64,000 nt of DNA from a virus. The notes below the pieces were generated by a model. The model searched no databases. It saw only the letters and a program-made list of their open reading frames with translations, and had not been told where the DNA came from. Every line of letters starts with the position of its first letter. The first letter of the stretch is position 1. This document shows, in pieces, positions 38,404-49,200 of the stretch. Where the stretch lies: the IMG/VR virus record IMGVR_UViG_3300011113_000621, positions 1-64,000 of that record. One strand, written 5' to 3'. Made by a program: the position numbers and the translations under genes.

Positions 38404-40401
38404 TTAGTATTCGATTGTAGCTGCTGTTGCGCCACCGTTGGTGTCGCGTAGAGCTGCTGCTGTACCGTTGACTGCGATTGTTGATGCGACCTTGAGAGAC
38501 TCAACGCCGACCTTTGCAACGCCTTCGAAGGTTTCAACGAACATCTTGTAATCGTTGGTTCCAACAAGGGTGGAGTCACGGATAATTCCGAGATCCAAGG
38601 TACCGCCATCGAGGAACAAGAATGTTCCTTCTGCGAACATGTACCAGGTCAAGGTGTCTCCGAACTCATTCATTGCACCTGCACCTTGTGCGCCTGTTGG
38701 CTCTTCAAGGTGGTAGCAGATGTTTACGTTGCGTGCTGCAAGGTATCCATCAATTTCTCCGTATGCGTTAAGCATGTTATCGCCAGGAGCTGCAAGTACT
38801 AGGTCTGCTGCCATTGCGTCCTTGATCCATGCTGGAGCAATTACACGAAGTGGAGCATTAGGCTCTAGACGGTGACGACCGCGGTAAGCGGAAGCAGCGC
38901 GTCCAACCTGAACTAGGAAGTCACGAGCAACACCAATGATTGATGCTGATGTGACTGCAGTTGACAAGCTTGTCAAGCGAGAAAGGATTTGACCTTCTGC
39001 TTCACGAGCATGCTGAATAAGACCAAGCTCGTTGTGACGAGCGATCAATTCAGGATACGCGCGAGTTAGAAGGTTACCAAACTGTAGCTGTAGGGTTACA
39101 GCGTCAGTTGCAACAGTGTTTTCAGTTGCAGCGGTAACAGTCAAGCTGAGCTTTGAAGCAGGTGATGGTGTTTCAGCTGAATCGTTTGCAGCAGTCCATA
39201 CACCGACAGCGTTAGCGTAGTCGGAAAGGACTGGTGGAACGATGTAGCGGATACCGCCACGATCTGCTTGGAAGCGAGGTAGGCAGTCACGTACTGGACG
39301 TGCTGTTGTTCCGATTCCGAAGATGTCGTACTTGACTTCAAATGGAGCCTGGTGGCCACCAGCAGCAACAAGTGCCTCTGGGCCGACTACATTTTGGATT
39401 TTCTTCCAGTTAGATTCTGCATCTGTTGAAAGAGTGCGCTCTTCTGGATATTGAGTTGTAATAGATGCAACGATGTGCTGTTCACCGTCTCCACCGTTTA
39501 CACGGCGTAGACCATGAAGACGCTTGGACATTGCCTCTGCGACTTCAGACATGTTGTTGATTGTGCTGCCCGCTGTGTATCCAGGAATGTCAGCGCCAGC
39601 CGTAATAGCTACGGTAGCCGCTGAAGTCTGGAGTGATGGGCGGCGATCCGCTGGAGCTTCAATTACTTCAGTAACTGTAGCTTCAGTCTCGTTTGCGGCG
39701 GCGGTCACTGGTGCCTCCTGCTCCTTCTGCTCAGTTTGAGCAACTTGGGTTGTTTCTGGGGTAGCTGAAACTTCGATTTCAGCTGAGGCTGCAACAGGTT
39801 CTGTCGCAACTTCTGCAGCTGGTGCCTCTACGTTTTCAGTTGGTTCTGCTGAAAGTTCGGCTTCTGGAGTTACCTCGGCCGCTGCTTCCGCAGGAGTTTC
39901 TTCTGCAACAGCAGCTTCTGCAGCTGGTGTTACTTCAGTAGTAGCAACTTCTTGTGTTGCTACGGGTGTTTCTGCTGGGGTTGAAAGCTCAGATGCCTCT
40001 TCCACAGTAGTTGACGCTTCGGCCATTGGCTTATCCTCTTCTTTTTCTTCTTTGATGACTGGAGCAGCAGGAGCCTCTTCAGGCATTTCCTTCTCCTCTT
40101 TATCATCGTCAGAATCGGTTTCGCCTTCAGGCATTTCTTCCTTCATTTCGTCACCCTTAACACGCATTGCGGCTTCAGCGGCGCGTGCAGCAAGCTCTTG
40201 AGCTTGTGCCTCACGACGTGAAATTTCACCACGTACTGTGTCAAGCATGTCTGCCAATGAGGTCATGGCGTCTACTGTCTGCGGAGTTGGATCCTCCTTT
40301 TCAACCGTTTCGAATTCGCTGACGATAGCACTCTGTAACTCAACAAGCTTTTCAGCGTCGAGTTCAGAAAGCTGGTCTAGCATTTCTTTTATACGGTCCA
40401 C
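38404..40401 (-). CDS. Major capsid protein with long N-terminal scaffold region
   Basis: Coiled-coil plus Glu/Ala/Pro-rich N-terminus; ALVAAGG..AP....YD, RPVRD.LP.F.A.RGG, GGTLDLG..RDS.L..TNDY..F.ETFEG; strong GGAGG RBS. Confidence 0.88.
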   Translation of the reverse strand: MDRIKEMLDQLSELDAEKLVELQSAIVSEFETVEKEDPTPQTVDAMTSLADMLDTVRGEISRREAQAQELAARAAEAAMRVKGDEMKEEMPEGETDSDDDKEEKEMPEEAPAAPVIKEEKEEDKPMAEASTTVEEASELSTPAETPVATQEVATTEVTPAAEAAVAEETPAEAAAEVTPEAELSAEPTENVEAPAAEVATEPVAASAEIEVSATPETTQVAQTEQKEQEAPVTAAANETEATVTEVIEAPADRRPSLQTSAATVAITAGADIPGYTAGSTINNMSEVAEAMSKRLHGLRRVNGGDGEQHIVASITTQYPEERTLSTDAESNWKKIQNVVGPEALVAAGGHQAPFEVKYDIFGIGTTARPVRDCLPRFQADRGGIRYIVPPVLSDYANAVGVWTAANDSAETPSPASKLSLTVTAATENTVATDAVTLQLQFGNLLTRAYPELIARHNELGLIQHAREAEGQILSRLTSLSTAVTSASIIGVARDFLVQVGRAASAYRGRHRLEPNAPLRVIAPAWIKDAMAADLVLAAPGDNMLNAYGEIDGYLAARNVNICYHLEEPTGAQGAGAMNEFGDTLTWYMFAEGTFLFLDGGTLDLGIIRDSTLVGTNDYKMFVETFEGVAKVGVESLKVASTIAVNGTAAALRDTNGGATAATIEY

Positions 40402-40529
40402 TGTCCCTCCTCCGGGCCAGTCATGATGAACAAGATTTGTTAGTTCATCTCGCTAATCAGTCCAAGGCCGAGGGACTCTACGCGGTTTGCGTGGAGGCAC
40501 TCTACCTGGATTGAATAATACATTATATT

Positions 40530-43500
40530 TTAAGTTAGGAGTCGGAGAAGTTTACTCAATTCTGAGGAAATCTCAGCTTGAGAGAAGTAATCTCCACCTG
40601 ACATAAACGACTTGAGTCCTGTCGTCGCCTTATCAGCCTCATCCTTTCCTATCTTTTCTTCCACCCTTGGGATCATATCTTCGATAAGACCTTTTAAGGC
40701 CGGAGGAAGATCACTATAACGGATCTTCTCCGTGTCGCTTCCAAACGGCAATGGGAGGTTTGCAATGGTCTCTCCTAAGGCTCGTGCCGAGGTGCGAATA
40801 TTTTCTAGTGCATCTGGGTTAAGTGCACGGGTATCAATTCTGTCAACTATGGAGATAACATCGCCTGCGGCGCGTGCTGCCTCGATATAGTTTCCAGCAT
40901 CATCAAGGTTTTCTGCTTCCTCGATTTTTTCAATTGCTCGATCTAGTCCACTGTCGCCAAGGTCCTGCTTTATACGAGCTAGAACCTGACGAAACTTACC
41001 TTTTGCATCACGCGGCTGAGTCTTGCCAGGCACGTACTTACCTGCCTGAACGTCTGTTACTTCTCCGAACTCAGCCGCTGATGCTTTTCCCAAATCGTTT
41101 GACTCCTCGTTGGAGTAAGCCATTCCACCATGGCATCTTGCGCACGGGCAACCTGGTGGACACTGGCACTGTTGACCAGCGTATCCAGGGCAAATGCAAC
41201 CATAGTCCTTGCACATTCCGCAGTCAAATCCAGCGGTCTCAGGAGATGCAACCATCGCGATACGCTCACGTAGGTAGGCAACCTCTTCACCAAGCTCTTG
41301 GCTTGATAAAGATTTCCACTTATCTGGAATTAAGTCTGGACGGTCAAGTTGACGAGCGCGCTTCATGATGTGGCGTCTAACAGCCGCACGCTTGCCTGGC
41401 TTTGATCTTCCGTAAGCTTGAATTGAGTCCTTCAAGGAGTCGATGTTTGTAATCGGGTATGAACCATCTTTAAGAGCATAGCCCTTCTTAGCAAGTTGCT
41501 GACGCTTCTCGCGGGAGATGTAACCAAACTCGTCGTCAAACTTTTGTACTCCAAAAACTCTAGAATACAGAGCATCTGCACGAGCGGAAAGCTCTGCGGC
41601 GTGCGCCTCCTTTAATGCTGTAAAGCGCTCACGAGCGGCGTCCGCTTTAGATGAAAGTTCAGCTTGTTCTAACTGCTCCAGTTTTTGTACACGAGAGACC
41701 AAATCTGCGATTGGATCCGCCTTCATGCGTGCAAGAACTCCTGCGCCAGCCGCAACAAGTGCCATAACCGCGCCTGAGGCTACACGAGCACGGGCAATAG
41801 GGAACCCTGGAACGTTTACCTGGCAAACCGCTACAAGCTCAAGTTTACCGTTAATTGGACGCCAGTCACCAGAAGGTGCAGACGCGCGAACTGCGCGAAC
41901 CTGCTCTGGTGTAGTTCCTGGACGTAAAGCTCCAGATACCCAAATACCAAAGGAATCTTCTCCAGCGTGAACGTCCGCGAAGGCAGATGCTGTATCGTCA
42001 TAGTGACGTACCGCCTCTTGTGCGGAAGCTTCAAGTGAGGCGTGTCCGCCTGCTAAAGTTAGTTGTCCAACAGGAACGTCTGTTCCGTCGTCAGTGCGAA
42101 CTACACCTGTGTGAAAGTACGCGTAGTTGCTTCTTGAACGTGGTGGCTTTGTGCCAAATGACATTCCGATGTGATCTACGTGCCACGCCGCGATATGACC
42201 AAATACACGACCTTCATCGTCCACGGTCAATGGAGTTGGCTTGTCGAGCTGCGGATTGTCAAACCACGAACGCGGTGGTACGACTGGGATTGATCCTGCC
42301 ACTAAGCCACAAGCGACAAGCGCTGAAGCCTCTACAGGATCCATTTCGTCGACGTATATGCCGTCCGGGATCACTGTTTCCTCCTGATTCTCGTCTTCGA
42401 CGAGGTAGATTTGGCACTCTTGGAATGCCGGTTTTGGTACAATTGTTACTGCCATAACTCGTGCATGCGAGATCACGAGTTTATCAGTTCCAATCTTACC
42501 ACTGTCTTTTTCGGCCAGTTCAGGAACTTCTTGACTTGCCTCAAACTGATCGAGGTCCGCAGAAACTCCACGGATAAAACCATTACGTATTAAACGCTCG
42601 GCTTCCTTACCATATTCGCCAGAGTCAAACACGCCGTGCGCGTTGCCAATACCGCCTTCTACGCGTTCCATATGATCAATACGTCCAACTACAACTGATC
42701 CGTTGTGTCCTTCACCAGTTTCAATTTGCCACATCAATGGCAAAGGCAGTTCACGAATTTCTATCGCACCTTTCTTAAAGGTACGTCCATCACCAGTCTC
42801 AATCTCCTCTGGAATTACAAGAGGAATCTTAAACTTTGCACCTTCTGCTGTTGTCATCTCTTCTTCAAGATGCCCTGCTGCAGTAAGAACCCGTCTGCGA
42901 GCATCTGCTGCTCTAGCTGAAAGAGTCGCCTTATCTATGATCTCTTGCGAGCTTAGTATTTCATCTACTGCAAAGTTTCCACGACCGCGCTTCATTCCCG
43001 GGTTGCGACGATCTCCTGGCCACATGCCAGTCATCTCCTTGTGACGAAGCGAGCAGTATCCTTTAGCTCTTGGTCCCATGTACTTCTTAAGGTTGCGGTA
43101 ACAGCGCGTCCAGTCACCTGGAGTATTCCAACGAATCTTTATAACTCCGCCTTTACCGATTGTCCAGTAGCGACGTAAGTTCTCTGCATTTCCTCGATTA
43201 CGATCTAGTCCACCAGCCGCAGTTAGGAACATTCCATTTTTACCATTCCAAAGAACTGTAATAAACTCGAGGTCCTTTACAGATGCAGTTACTGGAGTTA
43301 TTCCATCAACTTGCTCGATAACTGTTTTGAGAGATGCGCCATCAAGAGGAACTACAGGAGGTGGAGTTGCAGACTTCATATCAGCAAGTATTTGCTCGTC
43401 ACGCACCCACTTCTTATCCTTACGAGTATACGTCATCGCATCAGTTGATGTAGAGCTAGCTGGGACTAGCGACACTAACTCATAGACAGCGCTAGGGTCT

Positions 43501-45284
43501 GTGTCCGAAACGATTGCAAAAAATACAGGCTGAACGTCTGAGGTTTCAGGTGACATCTCCTTAGACTCGCCTGGAGAAGCAGCGCTGGTTATAGGCTGGT
43601 AGTACATTTTGTTTGGATAGTAGTACTCGCCGTCTGAGCCTTTAACTTTCTTGTTTAAGAAACTTGCAAGAGCTGGGTGTTTATATGGGTCAAGCTTAAG
43701 CTTAACGCCAGTTAACTTTTCTAGCTCTTTAAGGTAAGGACTCTTTGAAACTTTTTCTATCTGATTTTTTCCAGTAATAACCTTTGGGCCAGATCCGTCC
43801 GAGCGAGACTCGAACCCTTCTGTTTTATTTGCATCAAATGCGTCCCGTTGAGATTTTACCCAGCCTGGCCAATCACCAAGTACCTTTCCCATATCTTCAG
43901 AAGTCATTGCTGGAAGAGTTCCGGGAATCTTAGCTCCAGGACGATCAATTGGAACGCGAGGTTCAGCAAGAATACCTGATGTATCAAGAGGAGTTATATC
44001 CATGGGCGCAGTTTTTTGTGCGCTAACTGAAGACTCTGGTTCTGTTGCAGTTGCAGGAACGTCTACTATATCTCCTGAATCAAGTTTTACTCTAACACTT
44101 TGCTTTTCAGGATCAATTGCTACTATGCTACCAGACCCACGTTCGGCATCTCCACCGATAACTACTCGCGATCCTTGCTTTGAAAATCTGCCAGTTTTGT
44201 CGCGTACTTGCTTTGCAGCTTTTTCAGATCTTTCCTCGGGAGTATAATCTCCGTCTCCTTCGGTTTCGCCTTCAGCGGCAGCGGCTACAAGTGAATCTAT
44301 AAACTCTAAGTCTAGCTCGCTAGCGGCAGCTGCAAATAACTCGGCTTCCTCTTCATCAATCTCAAAGATTGAAACTGGTCTAAATGGATCTTCTTGGAAG
44401 CAGGCGCTTAAAAAGAATGCAGACTCTGCGTCAATTTCAATGTGAACCTTTTCTACTGAAAGGTCTTGCTCATCGTCTAATGCCATGTCATAGCTAGTAA
44501 GGTCTTGGTTTACGTCGTCTAGTGTGTTCCAAGTTCCACCATCCCAAACCTTAACGTCGTAGTTCTCATCAATCTTGTATAGGCGATCAATTCCAGAGCC
44601 GTCCATGCGCATACGAGCAATGAACTCAACTGCTTCTAAATTATGCTCAAATGCACCTAAGTCCGTAGGGTATTGAGTGTTAACTGCATAATCAAATTCG
44701 TCCTCGTGGTATGAGCTGTCTGCGTATCCATCTGCCCTTAATGACTTTTTGTTTTCTCTTTCAACGATGGCACGCGCCCAACGCCACGCGGTGTCGCCAC
44801 CCCAGAGAGCCCACGCAATACGCCCATTTGACGGAAAACCGTCTTCTCCTGGCGAGTAGCCTTTTGCCTTCTTATCAACCTCATGACGAGGGAAATACTT
44901 TGCAATATGACGGACCTTTTCAATTCCAATTTGTCCTCCTCTTGAAAGAGTGCGGGCCGTATTAAGACCTACTGGAGTTCCTCCGCGCTTGTGCTCCTTA
45001 CGCCACTCAAGAGCTCTCTTTGCCTCCTCTTGAGCGCCTTTAGGAATCGTGTATAAACGACGAGCGCCACCTACTATGCTTACGTCTAGCGTGGTAAGCG
45101 CAGCACTTGCTAATTCAAGTTGTGATTCGGTAACATCTAGATCTTCGTCGCTCCATGTAACAGAGGCAGTTAGCGAAGATAAGACTCCTTGATTAACAAC
45201 TAAGTTTTCCTCAGAGTTAATTACAACACCCTGGGTGTCGTTTGAAAAAAGAACAAGAGGTCCGCTTTTTCCTACTACATTCAT
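40530..45284 (-). CDS. Multi-domain capsid maturation protease polyprotein
   Basis: Prohead protease motifs ETGDGR.F...LPLMWQ...GHNG..VVGRID...GVSADLD, plus a GRVFGH...SGDWR domain and several small head-protein modules. Confidence 0.75.
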   Translation of the reverse strand: MNVVGKSGPLVLFSNDTQGVVINSEENLVVNQGVLSSLTASVTWSDEDLDVTESQLELASAALTTLDVSIVGGARRLYTIPKGAQEEAKRALEWRKEHKRGGTPVGLNTARTLSRGGQIGIEKVRHIAKYFPRHEVDKKAKGYSPGEDGFPSNGRIAWALWGGDTAWRWARAIVERENKKSLRADGYADSSYHEDEFDYAVNTQYPTDLGAFEHNLEAVEFIARMRMDGSGIDRLYKIDENYDVKVWDGGTWNTLDDVNQDLTSYDMALDDEQDLSVEKVHIEIDAESAFFLSACFQEDPFRPVSIFEIDEEEAELFAAAASELDLEFIDSLVAAAAEGETEGDGDYTPEERSEKAAKQVRDKTGRFSKQGSRVVIGGDAERGSGSIVAIDPEKQSVRVKLDSGDIVDVPATATEPESSVSAQKTAPMDITPLDTSGILAEPRVPIDRPGAKIPGTLPAMTSEDMGKVLGDWPGWVKSQRDAFDANKTEGFESRSDGSGPKVITGKNQIEKVSKSPYLKELEKLTGVKLKLDPYKHPALASFLNKKVKGSDGEYYYPNKMYYQPITSAASPGESKEMSPETSDVQPVFFAIVSDTDPSAVYELVSLVPASSTSTDAMTYTRKDKKWVRDEQILADMKSATPPPVVPLDGASLKTVIEQVDGITPVTASVKDLEFITVLWNGKNGMFLTAAGGLDRNRGNAENLRRYWTIGKGGVIKIRWNTPGDWTRCYRNLKKYMGPRAKGYCSLRHKEMTGMWPGDRRNPGMKRGRGNFAVDEILSSQEIIDKATLSARAADARRRVLTAAGHLEEEMTTAEGAKFKIPLVIPEEIETGDGRTFKKGAIEIRELPLPLMWQIETGEGHNGSVVVGRIDHMERVEGGIGNAHGVFDSGEYGKEAERLIRNGFIRGVSADLDQFEASQEVPELAEKDSGKIGTDKLVISHARVMAVTIVPKPAFQECQIYLVEDENQEETVIPDGIYVDEMDPVEASALVACGLVAGSIPVVPPRSWFDNPQLDKPTPLTVDDEGRVFGHIAAWHVDHIGMSFGTKPPRSRSNYAYFHTGVVRTDDGTDVPVGQLTLAGGHASLEASAQEAVRHYDDTASAFADVHAGEDSFGIWVSGALRPGTTPEQVRAVRASAPSGDWRPINGKLELVAVCQVNVPGFPIARARVASGAVMALVAAGAGVLARMKADPIADLVSRVQKLEQLEQAELSSKADAARERFTALKEAHAAELSARADALYSRVFGVQKFDDEFGYISREKRQQLAKKGYALKDGSYPITNIDSLKDSIQAYGRSKPGKRAAVRRHIMKRARQLDRPDLIPDKWKSLSSQELGEEVAYLRERIAMVASPETAGFDCGMCKDYGCICPGYAGQQCQCPPGCPCARCHGGMAYSNEESNDLGKASAAEFGEVTDVQAGKYVPGKTQPRDAKGKFRQVLARIKQDLGDSGLDRAIEKIEEAENLDDAGNYIEAARAAGDVISIVDRIDTRALNPDALENIRTSARALGETIANLPLPFGSDTEKIRYSDLPPALKGLIEDMIPRVEEKIGKDEADKATTGLKSFMSGGDYFSQAEISSELSKLLRLLT

Positions 45285-46231
45285 GCCTGCTCTTTTCCTG
45301 TCTCATCAGTGACTGGTCCGCCCGCAATCCATGCATCGCACGTGCGCGAAGCGGCACACTTAAAGTCAAGGGCCTCGCAATATCCTAATTCGCCTTGAAC
45401 CACCACGTCATAGGAATCTTCAACGTTTCCGTCCCCTTGTTGTAGGCCCTGAGCAATGCAGTCCTTCATCTTAGAGGTGACGATAAATGCAGCACAGTTA
45501 CCACATCTGCTTGTTTTGGCGTCCTCACTGGACACATTCCAACGAGTTGCCTTTTCCTTCCAAAACTCGTCGTTAGGTTCCTGTGGATTTAGTGGACCAT
45601 ACCCAACGTTGTCAATTGCATTTTGGCGGTTCTTAAGATTTAGTTGAATATCCTGAGTTGCAGGAGGGCAGGCGTCTCCCTCTGCCGCCGCAACGACTGG
45701 CTCTTCAGCTGTCTGCTTATCAAGATATCTAACAATGTGACCATAAGGGCCGTTAGGATCAATAGGCCCTAGTGCAGCAAAGACAAGCTCCAACATACCT
45801 GGAGCAGTTATCTTTTGGTCCGGATCGTCACTTGAAAGCTGGTCATACAAGTCAGGATAGTCAAAGAATACTTGGTCAATGTCATCATAGGTACCAACAT
45901 CAATTTGCTGGCTGTTATCATTGTATGTAGCTTCACGAGAACGTCTTAGCTGCACCTTCTCAGAGGAAACTGCTAACTTTATATTTGACTCTTCAAATGC
46001 CTCAGAAAATCTAAAGGTGCTTAAGTTAACTGTTGCTATTGAAAGAAGATCTTCTACCTTTAGCTTACGGTCTTTTACAATCTTTTCCATAAGCATCTTT
46101 ACTCGCCTGGTTGGGTTAAAAATCTCTGCATCTTTGTCTTCAAAGACGTATACAAACTTTTTATCATCTGCAACTATAGAAAAAACATGGTTGTTACTAA
46201 CTAACTCATACGCTCTAATTACCTTTACCAT
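45281..46231 (-). CDS. Head-region protein with Cys-rich C-terminal domain
   Basis: CPPATQD..LNLKNR...YGP.NP...RCGNCAAF...GYC...FKCAA.RTCDAW. Confidence 0.65.
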   Translation of the reverse strand: MVKVIRAYELVSNNHVFSIVADDKKFVYVFEDKDAEIFNPTRRVKMLMEKIVKDRKLKVEDLLSIATVNLSTFRFSEAFEESNIKLAVSSEKVQLRRSREATYNDNSQQIDVGTYDDIDQVFFDYPDLYDQLSSDDPDQKITAPGMLELVFAALGPIDPNGPYGHIVRYLDKQTAEEPVVAAAEGDACPPATQDIQLNLKNRQNAIDNVGYGPLNPQEPNDEFWKEKATRWNVSSEDAKTSRCGNCAAFIVTSKMKDCIAQGLQQGDGNVEDSYDVVVQGELGYCEALDFKCAASRTCDAWIAGGPVTDETGKEQA

Positions 46232-46242
46232 AGTGTCTCTCC

Positions 46243-49200
46243 TTAGTTCCAGTATCCTAGTCGCAAGGCATTTTCAAGTGCCTTGTACTCTTGGCTGTTC
46301 TTAGATATTAAATTATTTAATCGCGAGGATACAGCGTCCTTAAACGCATCATAGGTTCCCCACTTTTCAATGATCTTATCCATCTCAAAACCTTTAGGTT
46401 GGTATAAAGGATTTGAAAGATTATCTGTAATATTCTTGATTTGATGCCTATAGATCTTTAGTAAATCTCCCGTTCCGATTTTGTTTATAAGAATAGGCAT
46501 GTAGTTTTGGTATGCGTCTGACCCCGCGAAACTATCAGAGTCAATTAAAAAGTCTTCAATGCGTGTTTCATCTTTTTTAATTTCACCTAAAGTATTGTCA
46601 ACTGGAAACACGCGTAATTTTCCGGTAGACTTATCAAAAGCTATCATGTAATTTCCGTCGTGACGGTCTACATTGTTTGAAAGAATATCGAATATAGACA
46701 TTCTTATGATGTCCTCAGGATTGTCTAATAGTTCTACAAATCTTTGTGGATCATACTGTAGTCTAGTTATTGTCCCGCTAGCGTCTGGTATACCGTTTCT
46801 AGCGCCTGGTCCAGCGTTAACTGCTCTACTAACCAAAGGTACATTTGACCCGGCTTCACTCATAACAACAAGATTTTGCTGATTCTTTGCAGCACGAACG
46901 TCGTGAATTCCTTGCATACCAGCGGCTCTAAAGATTATTGATGCTTCTAACTCGGTGATTCCAGCAGGAGTTTCTGAGTAGTCTGCAGCGTACTCATCGT
47001 TTTTTACGTAGAATTTTTGTCCGCTTGCAATATGTGTAACCTCGAACATACCATATTGATCATTTACTCCAAGACCATTAAGTCTCTTCACTTCAAAACC
47101 TGCTTCTGCTATTTTTGAAGTTCCTCCACTGGCTGCGGCACTAAAATCGTCAACAGTAAATTCTGACAACACGTTTGCAGAGTTAAACGGATCTGAGTAT
47201 CCATGATCTGCACGATACTCGTTTGAAAGGCCATCACGTAGACGAAATACATCATCGAGTGAAAGACTTCTATTCTTGTTCAGCATCTGCCTAGACACGT
47301 AATCATTTAAGGCGTTTTTAGCATCTACAGAAAGAACCGCTAGTGACCTGTTATTTCGCAGTGCATCTTTGATTTGACTGTAGTACGGAGAAATTACTCC
47401 ATCGTTTCTAAACTCGTCTGACTCTATAACAGAAAGACCTTGAGATGAAACGCTAGGGATATTCTGCTTTGACAAAACGCGTTTACGCGCATTTTTTATT
47501 TGGTTGTAGTTTATAGCTTGTATCTGTTCGCGCGCCGTGGGATTAAGATGCTTTACCCCTGACCAGCCAGTGTCCATCATTACAGTTTTACCAAGCCATT
47601 TTCCTTTTTCAGGGTCCTTTTCTGGATCCCATCCAACAAGAGCAAACTCTAAAGGTGTTGGCAGAATAGAAAGATTATAGCTACCATCATTAAGTTTGGC
47701 TCTGTCCACGCGATACTTAAGTACATCTAGCTGCACATTTTCTAAGTCTGTTCGTGCCTGGCGACGCAGTTTTTGCATAATATTTACCACGTCTGTAGAG
47801 TTAGTCCAAGTGTATCCTGTAAGTGCCCAAACAAATCCACCTTGATATTCTCCACCGCCAGCAGCACCAACGTAAACTTTTTCTATTCCATTTGCAGCAT
47901 ACCAGTTTTCTACCCAGCGATTGTACGCAGATCCAAATCCTTTTTGCTTTAATTCCTTGTTGTACAGAGCCATAAATTCTGCATAACCTGACTTAGAAAC
48001 TTCAGTAACGTTACCGTCTCTGTCAAGTTTACGTTTTATTTTTATAGATCTTTTAGCTCTACCTATAGGTCTTCCATTAACATCACGTATGTCAAGAGCA
48101 ATACCAAAAGATACACTTGCCTTTCCATTATCCATATCTTCTTTACTTGGATTATTGTATGAATTTTCTAAATCAACATCAATACTAACGTCTCTTACTT
48201 TAAGAGTATAAAAGTCGCCTCCAAAAGATATACCAGAGCGGTCACCATAAGCATCACCAATAAGTCTTTTAATTTCATCTTTTATTTCGTTTACTTCTTT
48301 AGCCGAGCCGTCTTGATCAGCAAGAGAGTACTTATAGGCCAGTTGCTCTAATACATCAAGACTAACTCTGTCTTTTCCAGCCTTTGCAATTTCTGCGTCG
48401 CGATCTTTCCATGCCGAGAAATTTGACTGCACTGAATCTTCTCTTGTTTTTCCTTCTAAAAAGTCTGGACGAGTACTTTCATCGTTGACTCCTATAGTGT
48501 CACCTGAACGCGCAATTCTTGGAGCTGGAAGAAGTGGTCTGTCAAGACGTTGTTGTACATCAGTGGATGGCAACATTTCTTCTCGGGTAACAACAGTTGA
48601 AGCTCCGCCTGAATCAGTTGATATTGCGCGAACTTTACTTGCTGATCTTACCTGAGTCGTTCCATCATCAAACTTTATGCGCAGATATTCTGGATTATTT
48701 TGTATCGCAGTGACAGTTCCAAGCTTTCCGTCCTTGATGGCTTGAACACGCGCTCCCTTACCCACCACAACTCCGTCACGAACTATTGTTGTGTTATTAG
48801 GTGAGTATCCCGCTTCTTCTGGGCCTGGATACTGATACTGTGGTGTTACAGGCGCTGGCTCAGAAGTCTCTGTTTCATCCTCTTCTGGCTCAGAAGACGT
48901 GTCATATATGCTAGCTCGTTCCTGAGGAGTAAGATCTCTCCATCCAGCCTGGCCAGCTCCTCTTGGGTCCGAAAACCATTCAGGCGAAACGGTAACTTGT
49001 GTAATTGAACCATTACGTGCAACATAAAGGTCTTCCCACGGGTCAATGTATGCGAGTGACCCATCGGAAGGCAGGTACGAAATCACCTTAACTCCGCTTG
49101 GAAATAAGTCGTCGTCAACGTCATAAAAATCCTTAATTGCATCAATGTTTTCATTAAACATATTTGCTACTTGAGCAGGCTCGGGTACTTGAGCAGGCTC

